From positions 29,946,001 through 30,010,000 of the forward strand of contig OZ116703.1 in the NCBI GenBank assembly GCA_964199315.1: a DNA stretch of 64,000 bases. The letters are read 5' to 3'. Source of the DNA: Orbicella franksi (Eukaryota). Below are positions 9,651 through 21,817 of this stretch, piece after piece. The notes beneath the pieces are model-generated. The model ran no database searches and was not told where the DNA came from. It saw only the letters and a program-made list of their open reading frames with translations. Every line of letters starts with the position of its first letter. The stretch's first letter is position 1. The position numbers and the translations under genes are program-made.

Positions 9651-12600
9651 TTCGTGTAGATGGAACACTTTGCTTAATTAAAGATTCTCCCTTCGATCTT
9701 TGTTGTCTTATTTGTTGTGACAAAATTGGTCGCCCAATATCAAACAACAGCCTTCTGTAATGGAAAGAGCAGAATGTGATCAGGGAAAAAGCTGCAATAT
9801 TAAACCTGTTCCGGTGCATGTATTAATGTGAGGTTACACAATATACCGGTAGAAAAAATTATTTTAACATCGTCCAACTAGGTGGAAAATCGGTTGAGTT
9901 CTTTGAATTTTCACTATTGACTTCTGGTTATTGGCTTTTACAGTTCTTTCCTGGCAGAAAAATTCCTCAGGTTTGCTTGTGATCACTCGAATGAAGCACA
10001 TCGAGCAGTACATTTATGAGTTAACCAATCACTTTAACTATACAATGTGCATGATAATTAATCTGTCGAGTCTTGTTGAGCTGCATGTTTTTCATGTGAT
10101 GTTGTTCTTTTGACTTTTTCCCTCCCACTTTTCCTGTCGGAATTTTATCCTGGCTCCGTAAGAAGGTAAAGAGGTGAAGTGACAAAAGGGTAGAAATGGG
10201 CGTACGATGGTGTGATCTTATCACGCAGTAAATCACAAATCGCAGTTAAGAAGAGAGCTATTCTTACAAGAATGATACAAAATCCCACATACTGTATGAT
10301 GCCGGCGGATCATAACATGTTTACAATATCTGAACAAGAACGAAAAGGATGCTGTCATAGCTATCAATTGTTAATTTGATTTACGCTCAATAAAGAGCAA
10401 CACAAACTCATCAAATAAAAGAAACAGTTGTTATACTTACTGCTATTTTCTGCTTTTCTCGAATTCTGTAAAATAGTGAAATAACTGCTCACGTGTAGTC
10501 TTCATTTGTTGCTAGCGTTTACGTAGTTAATTCTTGTTTATGGCAGTGCACACGACTTGATTATACTGTGAAATTATATAACAAATAGCTTGATTTACTG
10601 CTGACATCACTTTGGAAACTAGTGACACTTCAGTACTTTATATTGTAGTTACCAACACATTTCAATTAACTTCCAAACTTTTACAATGGCATAAAGACAA
10701 ATTGCTTCTGACAGTAACCCCCAACCGAGTAGAAACTTAGCCAAGTAGAAACTTAGTGACATTTTTGCACTAAAAAAGAAATAGAAACAAAGTTAGTTGA
10801 ATTTTTATAATATTTGCTACATCTAAAAATCTTACTTCGCAGTAAATGTCAGTTTCAAAGTGACTGGGTAATGAGCGTCGCAAAATGGTTACTTTAACTT
10901 TTTTACTTTTTCAAGAGATTTTGAGAAACTCGTTGAGACATGTTAGCATACTATATAATATGAACAATGCTTTCATGGTAGCTTTTTTTGTTTTCAAATA
11001 CGAGTGATATTTGTCTTTGTTTAAGGCTAACAAAGAGGAGTCTGCAAATTAATCCTGAATTGAACTGGTCCTGAATTGAACTTTTAGTAGGCTAGATTGT
11101 TAGTTAATACCAGTTCACATTCTAAACATCTTAGGTCAAGGCAGTTGAGTCTGTGTTCGTTTATTCATTTATTTACTGAAGCGTATTTACGAGCTGGCCA
11201 CTGGTCGAGTGCTAATCAAATAATAAAAAAAACAATGCGGTCACTCGGCGATTTACTTGAAAGCCAATACTTGACCTCAATACTCGTGTACGTAAGTGTG
11301 TTTGTTTGCTAGAGAAGCAATACTCGTAATTACTTCTTCCTTTTAGCAGCGTCAGCATTACAATGCAAGTCATGCAACACAACTAGCTTTGACACAAGAT
11401 GTCATTTAAGAGGAGTCAGTAACAGGTATCATGTTTTTGTCCACTAGAGCGCTGAAGGTCTTGTAATCCCCCAGTTTACTGGACTTTTTACTTCATTAAT
11501 TAATGCTAATTCTTGAAAGACAGCTATAAATACTTACAATTTCGTTTTCTTTTTCTCATTTGCGCTGTTTCCGGTCCTCCTCTCGGCTCGTCTTAACTAC
11601 CAATTGGTCATGAATTTGTTGTTAAGGAAGGTTTGTAACCGTCATATTTTGAAAACCAGACCTAGTAAGGATAAGCTTTTTGGACAAGTTTGTGCCATTG
11701 AAGAATCCTGCAGATTTAAAGTTTAAAATCACGGCCATATTTGACCAGTCACATGACCAGAATAGAAAAAACCCTAAAACTTTAAAAAAGGCATTTATAT
11801 CCGAAAATTAAAATCAGTCTCAATAGATTACGACGGTCCACAAGCTTGATGCTACATATGGGCTTTATGAAACTCACATTATCATAAAATTTATCAGGTA
11901 ATAAACACTCGTATTAACAGACTTTCTACAGCAGTTACGTGTTCCTCTTTTACTTGTAGAGAGTAATGCCATGCGCACGATTATAAAGAAGGCTAAGTTA
12001 TTTCTGGTTTATAAGAATAATCGGAACTCTTCCTCTTTTCTTCTACGTTTTAGGGATTGTAAGGACCGTTCGCGCTAATTGTTTCTGCGCATCCTTACTG
12101 CGCACGAAAATTCACACGCCACGTCATACATCGATGCGCGCGCTAAGTAATAAAATGAACAATGGTAGGACAGATGGCCATTGCTATAGCTTTACCTGGA
12201 TTTATCGATCTTGGACGTTCGGTGACCCCCATTTTTCTTTTGATGGATCATTTTCTCTACCGATTTTCTACGTTTAGCGAAAAAATGAAGAAAATCTATC
12301 AATTAGAAGTTTGATGTTTTTGCAAAATGCACGATCGGTTTCCATTATTTTTAGCTCTTTGTTTATCTGTGCGGCGGCTTCAAATACCTCTTGAAGGGTT
12401 AAGGGTTGGCAACATTTGCAATTATTTACGCAACAGACCCACTACTACAACATATGACTAAGATCGTTTCCCTCCGTTAACTCACCAAAGTAGAGCATGC
12501 TGAATTACGTGCGCCGTTTTCTCAAAATTAGTGTAGTTTTCCTTACGCTTTATCTTTGAAACGAAGTCGGTGACCCCCGATTTGTTTGCATTTCTGACAC

Positions 12601-12833
12601 AAGTAACTCATTATCTGACTGCAGGGTTACGGACTGACACTAGTTACGCACGCAAAATCATATTTTTTTTCAAAGCAAACGTTCCCTCATGTAAAGTTCG
12701 CCATTTAGCACTGCAAAACGCTCCAAAGCTTCCCTCTAAATATCGCCTTCAGCAGTCCGTTAGCAACTGCTCTAACTCTGTAGTTAAGAAGGACCCCCCT
12801 TACTCGTCTGCGCGATACTACCTTTAAGTTATT

Positions 12834-13322
12834 GGTACTTAATTTCGCAGGTACTTTATTTCGCGAATTTGGCGAGACAGTATTTCGCGGGGTTTTATTA
12901 TCGCGATTTCAACAGGCAAATATGAAAAGAGGGCATTAAATTTCGCGATTTCGGCGGTGTCAACTTCATGTTATTTTTCAAAAGTCTGAACTTTTCAGAA
13001 TTTCTAGATAATTACTGGAACAAGCAAAAGGCATAACGTTATTTAACAACAGAAGATACAAAATGGAACTTACCAGTAAAACCAGCAATAGTTTGTGTAT
13101 TTGTCGATACATATCCTGTATATGTTGTTGTTGTTGTTGTTGTTGTTGCATGTTAATCATTTTTTTTCTGTGATTTGAATTTTCTATATGGGTGTTAAAT
13201 TTCGCGTGTTTAAATTTCGCGAGGATTTTTATTCGCGGGTCTTTAATTTCGCGATTTTCGCGACTGTTAATAAATCGCGAAATTAAAGACCCGCGAATAA
13301 AAGACCTGCGAAATTACGTACC
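12834..13322. mobile_element. MITE with AATTTCGCG-rich subterminal repeats
   Basis: TIR of about 30 bp (GGTACTTAATTTCGCAGGTACTTTATTTCGC vs reverse complement of GCGAATAAAAGACCTGCGAAATTACGTACC). Multiple internal TTTCGCG units and an internal (TGT)n tract. Confidence 0.65.
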
Positions 13323-14532
13323 TTAGTTTCCTCAGATTTTATGGTGTGATTTGGAGCCTGCCAGATGAATACCATGCAAGAGTAACGAATGACGAGTATT
13401 AACTATTTGGTAGCTAGACTATCTTACTTAACTGAATTAAGAGGTAAAACATCGAGAAAAATAAATATCCTCACGGAAAATGGATACTGAATTATTTAAC
13501 CAGCTTTTATTTCCGACATGCAATGGTGGAACGCTATGACGAAATGGTAACTGATACCATCAGAGCTAGGCGTTATCGCTTCATCTCAGTCATTGGCACC
13601 GATACCAGCAGTCTTTGCGGCAGTTCGTCAGATAACAGTTCTCTCGAAAGAGTGTTACCTGGCGACGCAGAGAAATAATTGGTCTTAGTCCTTTCACATG
13701 CATATCGAAAGTGACATTGACAATAGGAGATAATTTTTATTTTAATTACTACAATGGAATGTCTGGTCCATTTATACCTATGGCGTGGATTGCTAGCCGT
13801 TTTATTAACACTCGGACGTACAAGGGAATGGGACAGTGTGACATAGAGAAAGAGAAAAAGCTAGAGAAGGGCTGAGAGCCATTCTTGTCAATTTTTTCTC
13901 CCGATTACATGAAAGTGTTTCACTTTGGGATGCTGATATTTTCAGACGCATTTTGAGAAAGAACTGTTTCTCTATTGCTTTTAACGTTGCTATGGTAACC
14001 GTGTTTTGATTTTACCTAAAACTGCAAAGGACCGATTTCCTGGGATAGTGGTTCGTTCCAGTGATATTCTTGTCGCGTATACGCTGCGTAATATGCAACA
14101 TGGAATAAAAAAACGGCTTTTTAGACTATACCAGGCATAAAACGAGTGTTTGCATCCGGTATAAGGCAATAAGAAACAGCACCAATGTTCATCGTCTGGT
14201 TTTCTCGTACGAAACAAAATCAAAGACCCCATGTTCATGAATATAGACTATCAACACAGTTACGCGGATCGGTTCTGACAAAACAATCTTAATATTTATC
14301 AATACCTGCCACAACCTAGAGGTTCTCAAGCTATTACAAGCAATTGCACAATACTTCCAAATGGCTGCACTGAATAAATTTTAATGGCCCGGGGTCACAG
14401 AGCTGTCTGATGCACAGGTTTTTGTCGTCAAGTCCAACATTATCTCCGCTAATTTAATTTTATTCCGCTTTCAGGTTCATCTAATCTCTATATCACTATC
14501 ACAGATCAATTGTCATTGTAACCCCAATTGGG

Positions 14533-14997
14533 TTACGCATTATGCTTTAAGCAAGACGTGTTCGTTGGCATGATTCCATTTATCAAACCGATGTATGTAG
14601 AATCAGGTTTACGCGTAGAAATTTCCTCCGCCATCAGCGAATTTGTTGGTAGTGATTGATGGAGGCTAAAACCTTTATTGCCTTCCTTGACGCCTTCTAA
14701 AGGATATCGTTCAGCAAATGTGCTAAGGTTCCCTGTACTATAGCTTCTTTTAATCAAGTGTTTTGGTCTCGGTTCAGTTACTTGAACGTTCATGGTATCG
14801 ATTAGATTTATTCCAGGTTTAATTGCAAATACAGACATTTTTATGGAACTCATTCTCCTCAGCCATTCTTGGGAGATATTGCCATCTGTCCAAGGCACCT
14901 TTTGAACTCGAGGGATTGTAGATTTAGCAGCCACTACTTCACCATTTGTTTCACTTTCTTCCGATATACGTGGAAGTGGATTAAAACACTTTGCCAT
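14533..14997 (-). CDS. Orphan RKPDS-motif protein, paralogue 2 (154 aa)
   Basis: ATG at 14997. Blocks NPLPRISEE, PRVQKVPWTD..SQEWL and RKPDSTYIGLI. A clean 85-nt candidate 5'UTR intron lies upstream (donor GTAAGA at 15168, acceptor TTTTATTTTGCAG ending 15084). Confidence 0.65.
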   Translation of the reverse strand: MAKCFNPLPRISEESETNGEVVAAKSTIPRVQKVPWTDGNISQEWLRRMSSIKMSVFAIKPGINLIDTMNVQVTEPRPKHLIKRSYSTGNLSTFAERYPLEGVKEGNKGFSLHQSLPTNSLMAEEISTRKPDSTYIGLINGIMPTNTSCLKHNA

Positions 14998-17900
14998 CGT
15001 TCTGAACAACACCGGCTAAAAAGTCTGGAAAGAAGTGAAAAGCGAAGCTCCCAGTTCTAAACACCTGTGGTGTGTTAAACTATCTGCAAAATAAAACGAA
15101 CATAGTTTCAATACACTTAGTTGTAGGCGCTCGATGCTCCCACGTGATTACATTTCTTAGCTTCTTACCAATTTCTGACGAATCTCAGTGAGTCGAGTAC
15201 AACAACAACCAAACAAACACTGAGAAAAACCCGCAAAAAGTTGACTCAGATGAATGACCTTTCCAATGCAATTACGTAACGACGCTCACGAGGTGAACGC
15301 CACAAACATTCGCGCACCTCACTTGTGCCTGGTCTAACAAATAATTGGATGTGAGATAAAGCAAGACAATTACGTGCAAAGCTTATGGGATTATTTTCGA
15401 TTTGTTCTGCTTTCCGTTACCAGTAATGGACGACCTTTTGATCACTTAAGCATTCCTGTAGTGAATTATAGATAGAACTGTTCTTTGCACTTTTTGTATG
15501 AACGTTATTAAAATACCAGCGCATTCTAATCCATTTTCACGCAAATATAGTATCGTTGCTTGTCATTTTTGTACAGCCAATATATTTAAACCTGCTTTTG
15601 CAATACATTTGCTTAAAATCTTTAGAGGCATTTTCAGACGTGGAGAAAGCGCCCGCAAAAACATGAGTCATAAAATATCATGTACAAACCTTAGTAAATT
15701 AACGTACAACCATGCACATAAACAGATATAACGAATGGTTCTGCTTTTCACGTTGTGGTCAGTATTAAGTTGTTGTTTTGCTGCCTGGATCAACAAGAAC
15801 GATTGTGGTACGAGGCACGCGTACAGCAAATCTTGCTAAATCTGTAGTAAAAGCAGAAAAAAAGGTCTTAAACTTTTAAGCCGCTCACCCCTCTCAGATA
15901 TAACTTGGCCGATAACAATCAATCAATCAAAAAAAGTAATGCATACTGTCTCTTAAAGGACTTGGTTCTTTTCAATTTTGTGCTTTACCTCCTGCTGAGA
16001 GATAAGTTTCAAAGCAAAGCCGTTATGCTCAATTGGCTGTTTGTACCTTCCATCAACACTTGTTTTGTTTCTTTTGTTCTCGTGTAACTTTAGTTTATCA
16101 ACTTATCAGCACATACCAACAGAACTACAGGACCTTTTCAGCGACGACTGTTCCCTGTACCTGGTAAAAGAACTACTGAGACTCGTATGATTGTTATTGA
16201 ACTGCTCCGATAACTAAAGGTGCAATATAATTAACGCTCACATCAATAGCAACCGATATTTTTGGGCTGGAATTCGAAACGACAAAAGAGACGCTTAATA
16301 ATCCAACCGCATTACTGGACTTCATTGTAGAAATACAATGGCCACACAGAAACCTGCACAGACAGCGAGGAAGCAAACGAACAAAACAAACTATAACTTG
16401 GAATTGCACTGCTAAAGTAATCAGCTCATAAGTACTTTAATATCAGCTCACTGATATATTTTGTGCAAACTCTTTTATACTAGCCTAATATCAACTTGTG
16501 TTCACTTCGGGATATTGTGATCTACATGAGCATATTGAAAACAATTTGCGTCGTTTATACGAGGGAAAAATGCCATACAGACGATCCAAGCGTCCGCCGG
16601 TGAACCTCCGCCCTATCACAGCACAGCATAATTGCTTTATCAAGTTATCAACATTAGATATAAGTTGGATGTCATGAATTGTTTTCGTGACTTTAATATT
16701 TGTAAATGAGTATGTTTTTTTAGTTATTTCAAGCGTCCCAATAATTATAATTACTACTTAACTTTTTATTTATTTATTTTTTACAAGGTTAGGTACTTGA
16801 CACTTCATTAACTTTTTTTTTTCATTTCATGTACTTTCAAAGTCCTTGTCTACACGAGTTAGATGTTCATTCCAATCTGAGGCCGGGACTTGCAGTTTGA
16901 TTATAGTACATTAGACCGGCTACGCAAGCTTATGATTCTTAATTTTTTTTTTCCAGAGAACGCTATATTCAATTTTATAGATCATGATCAATCCAGTTAA
17001 CGGATACTCGATATTTTTAAGTTTGATTATAGTTAGAGGAAAGGCATTAAATTAATTCAACGTGACCATACTTCTCTTGGCCACGAAGGGGCTGGAGGAG
17101 GCATGGAAACAAGTCAATCACTGCATGGGAAAAAACGTCAAACATTCAACGATGAGGGAAGCAACATGTAAAAAGGCAATCAACGACTACCAGTAAAATG
17201 CATGACAAATTCTTATGATTTATTCTTTGGTCAAAGCTTGGCAAACGAACATAGCCGGATCATTTCTTAATATACATTAACTCAATTTGATAAAATCTAA
17301 ATTTCGTCAGATCTTTAACTGGTTTTACAACATTCGTGTCTCATGTTGTCCATGACTTCTAGATTGTAGCAAAGAACTGCACTTTCACTGAATATATTTG
17401 CAACTTAACCCGTAAGGGATATCACACGGCGGTCGACGATACGGAAAATATTGCACTTGAGTCCAGGAGGAGTCTCGTATTTTACGAGTGGTGAATTTTC
17501 CACCAAAACACTGGTGCCTGTAATATAATAAATTACAATATTTCACTGAACAAATTATTTGTTTATTTAAATTATATTTCACTTTACTACAGCAAGCATC
17601 TAAAGAAGAGATCTTTAGAACTTTATCAACTGCTTCGCATATGTCCATGATTTTTGTCCTGGTGAAAAGGCTTGGCAGGTGCGAACCCATCGGTAGTTTT
17701 CTATATTGTAACATGTAAAGAATACCTTTTAATGGAACGACAAGAAAGTTCACCTAGGAAATAATGATCAAAAAAGTAACAGACACCATAAAATCTACCC
17801 ACACAAAGAAGTCACTGGCGTTGAGGATAGCATGATCACACACTATTCTAGTCCCTGATAATAACACCGTCATTCAAATTAATTCAATGAAACCTTGAGA

Positions 17901-18028
17901 TGATTATGTGAAAATCGTCGTAAAATGAATGAAAAACAAAGGATTTTATCCACTAAATGACCTAAACCATTTCTCACTCTTATTTTACCAGGTTTTAAAA
18001 CTGCCTGATCGCATTTTACATGTCGGAG

Positions 18029-18927
18029 CTAGCATCCTAGACTTGCTATTTGTTGAATATATTCGGAACTGTTCGACATTTGACGACGAGTGCTTCTTTG
18101 AGAAGAGCAGAAGAGATTTCTTGGAGCAAACATGTTCATTTGTATGCAATTCAAATTCTTACAGTTTTTCTCCTTTTTGGAGTCAGAGTCCTTTGTGTGA
18201 TTGTGTGCCTCGTCATCATGACTTCTACGCTGTGATTCTTTCTGCGTGAATCCACTAATCAACGAGATGTAAGTAGAATCTGGTTTACGCACGTGATCAG
18301 TTTTAGAAATAGGCTTGTTCCTGACACAAGGACGATCGCGAATATGGTCTTCTTTAACAACTCTTCTGAGGCGCTCGATCGACACGCTTTTACACCCTGC
18401 AGGCGAATCTTGGTTGGAAGCTTCGAATGCAGCCCGCTTATCAACACTGCTGCGCTTTTCTCCCGGCATCCTCTCGGCGCGATCAGAGCCTTTAGCCCTG
18501 GAAGAATCTAACGATGTCAAAGTAGATCTTAGCGTGTTGATTTTGTACAGCCATTCGTCCGAGAGTTTGGTATCCGTCCAATTCAATGTTTGAACCTGAG
18601 GAACGCGTGTATGAGGCAGTGCCGGTTTTTCTATTTCTGCCGTTTCGTCTTCCTCTATTACCCGAGGTAGAGGGTTTAACCGCTTTATCAACGGATACGA
18701 GTTCGAGCGGGGGCGGTTATATTTGACTTTGGGCCAGGCCACGTTGCTGACTTGCTCCACGTACGCTCTTGACAAGCAGGAGGAACATGTATAGGATGAT
18801 GCAGATTTCAGAACATCCTTTTGCCGGCGAAAACTTAAGACTTTCTCTGCCAGGGTGTCTCGTCTTAAACGCTGTTCTTCGTTGAGGCTCCTGTCGCCCG
18901 CAATATCGACCAGGAAAAGCTCCATCT
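18029..18927 (-). CDS. Orphan RKPDS-motif protein, paralogue 3 (298 aa from ATG 18925; main exon)
   Basis: Long ORF preceded by the acceptor TTTTCAG (18928-18929). Blocks RPRSNSYP, NPLPRVIEE, PQVQTLNWTD..SDEWL, RKPDSTYISLI and EYIQ. Confidence 0.75.
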
Positions 18928-21777
18928 CTGAAAAGCAAATAGCAGATTAAGTTCTGTACATTAACCATTTGCATCCAGGACTAAAAGCCTAGCTGAGACA
19001 TGACTCTAAGAAAAGCCGCCTTCAAGAAGCCGTTTAAAGAAAAACCGCTTTCAAGAGGCCGTTTAAAATCACGCTTAACATCTTAGGCTCGAGATAACCT
19101 CAGCAGATATAGCCTGACAGACAAGACACAAATTTGACGGTGTGGCCGGTCAACGACTTTGGTTTCATCACCACTTCAGATTACACCATTCCAGAATTGC
19201 ATTTTTTTCTACAGATAGACAAGGAACTCATTTGACCATGCAGGTAAGGTGGCCTGCCTGTGCAAAGAACAGGTGTCTTTATATATGACTCCAGGGCCTT
19301 ATTTTGCCAGCACCCAATGAAATCTTCGGTAGTCCGGTAGAGTTTGGCCAACCGTTTAAAATCATTATTTTTTGTGATAATTTGTGGTGTTTACTAAGAC
19401 TTGAGTCCTAAATAATTATAACCGTGAGACTATTCAGGCATATACAAAATATTATAATAAGGCATTAAAATTATATAAACATTGGTTACGTAATATATAA
19501 TTGTATAACAACACTGTTATATAATAATGTAATAAGGTTGTCTCGTAACATTTATAATTAAGAGCATTACTAAGGGCGCTGAATTTTTTCGCTCTACTAA
19601 CATTTTCTGCTGCAAGTTCTAAGCGTCAATTCTCCTCACCGAATTTCATATGCCACTCTTTACAACAATGTAAAACTAGCGCCGATAATTTGCCAGATCT
19701 TGACTTTTTCTATAGAGGAAGATTCCACTATTTTTTTCTCCCCATTACGGAAAAAAAACAATCGACATACAATTTTGAAATGTACTTCGGAGTGATTCGC
19801 TGACATTACTCCGCTTTGTTTTGAATAACAAACTAGCTCATCTTAACAGCATATTCAAGCCCAAAAACAAATCATGGAAATGTTAAAATGACGTTCGGCT
19901 TCAGACCAAAAGTAGGCGTTTTTATTATGGGAATAACAGAGAAAAACAATGACCGGGTTAAGCTTCATTCGGTTTACAATTGTATCAGATGTTTGTCTTT
20001 CAAATGAATCTTCCTCGTAAAACATCCATTGTCTGTTCCTAGAAGCACTTCCCCAGGCTAAAAGGAAAAATTATTTTGGGACCTCACCGGATCAAACAAG
20101 ACTTACTAACCTTTCATTCCCTCCGACGCGGGTTTGGTGGCACTAAGCCAAACCGACGACAGTTAGGAACAAGTGCTCGAGCGAAGTCATTCGAAATGAA
20201 GATCCGAGATGGATATCTTAAAATAATTATTGTACTTTAACCTGATTTACAGTTAAGCAAGGCGGTAGATATGATGAGAGCGGTTTATACGGTTGCGTTA
20301 ATACCGATTAAGAACACAGCGCGATAACACAGCAGACAAGTATGTTGAAGACCCCTCGGTCAAGGTAAATCTGAAATATCTCATATTTATCCCTAGGGCC
20401 AGGGTCAAACCACATCTCGGAAATCCATTTTTTAGTTCTGCAAATCCTGTTTCTTGTAAAGAATTTTCCATCAGATTAACGTTTTCATAGTCTAATATTC
20501 AGCGAAACCGGCTTGAAGAACATAAATATACCTGTCATTTTGATAAACTTCCTGTTTGGCATAAACCTGTTGGAATATATATCGCGTGAATCGTAGTGAA
20601 GCTGTTCTGCCAATGAATCACTTTTGTCCTGTTTTGAACACGCTATGACGAAATATTCACGCAGATCTCGGCAGAAGATCGCTACAACTGAAGACCGGCT
20701 TAACGATTGCTGAGATCGAGAAATATACTCATGTGATTTGCACGCATGAATATTTTATGAAGGCTGTTTAGTCCACTGCCAAGGGCAATATGTCACACTT
20801 TGACAGGCCGCATAATGGAAAGCCGAAATGTAAACAAAAGCAGAAAAAAGAAATTATAACTTGTTTAGACAAACTTGGCATTGAAGGCAAATATCGACCG
20901 TGTCTCCTCTCGCAAATTCAACAATGAAATTATCATGAGCATTATTTGCGTTTAATATAACATAGTGTAAACTTATTTTTCTTTATCCTGGTTTTATAGT
21001 TATTTTCCCGATTTTGTCTGAATACGGAAGTTGTAATCTTATGGCATCCTCCCTCCAAAACACTGGAACGAAACTGCGTCCAGTTTCTCTTGAGACCGGC
21101 TGGTACGAAACTACAGTGTAATATAAGTTGATCATTCGAGCGATCCTTCTCGATAGCGAATTTTCTGGTATTAAAAACGAGAACTTCGAGTTGATAATTT
21201 TATTCCATTTCGCCGACGAAAACATTCGCTATATGACAGGTGAATACATTTCGACAAATGTAGTCGACCGCTCGGAGGCAACCCTTTAAATTCCAAATAA
21301 GTATAAATCGGCTGTCTTGCACACGCACACACAAGTTTATAAGTGTCGACTATATTAACTCGTTAAAACCGTGTTCTCTACAATCTCGTGGCAAAATGAA
21401 CGAAAGGTGTCTGGAACAGACTTAATTAAGTTAACGATTTTCAACACGTCATGTGTCGAAATTTCCAGCTATCCGCCTACACCTCCTAGCAGAAATTCCT
21501 AAATTGTTTACCAGATACTTAACGTATTTTCACGTAGAAGACTTGCTGCGATTTTAAGAGTCTTCCTCGCTACGATAGCGGAACAGATTCAAAGACATAA
21601 AAGGCTTTGAATAAAAGAAAAGGCCAAAAAATATCTGGGTTAGTTTCGACGATAAGTCACGCGATAGCTGGTTAGTTATGCTTTGTACACAAATACGGCT
21701 TAACTTGCGATGACTGCTGAGATATCTGTTCTAAATTATAAACTGAAAAGTCTATCGAGACTTGAGAAATGTATTAC

Positions 21778-21817
21778 CTGCAAAGATATCTTCCACGTCT
21801 TTCTCTACAGCTTTCAT
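21778..21817 (-). CDS. Candidate upstream coding exon of paralogue 3 (MKAVEKDVEDIFA)
   Basis: Strong donor CAG|GTAATA at 21777 in phase 1. It joins the 18927 acceptor in frame (G+AG = Glu) to give ...VEDIFA-E-MELFLVDI. A palindromic TTATATATAA at 22132-22141 could be a TATA box. Confidence 0.35.

Noticed and set aside
11620-12830. Probable Kolobok-like transposon pieces (TTAA-flanked ends)
   Set aside because: I could not pair left and right termini or define boundaries, so no feature was called.
12978-13160. Poly-Gln ORF
   Set aside because: It is a translation of the (TGT)n microsatellite inside a MITE.
14335-14536. Possible extra 3' exon for paralogue 2 (GDNVGLDDKNLCIRQ...) via a donor overlapping its stop codon
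   Set aside because: The donor (GC|GTAACC) and the A-rich acceptor are both weak, and similarity to the other paralogues' tails is unconvincing.
13531-20654. Exact 15-mer ACGCTATGACGAAAT at 13531 and 20640, suggesting a duplicated gene fragment
   Set aside because: The flanks do not align, and a few 15-mer matches are expected by chance in 64 kb.
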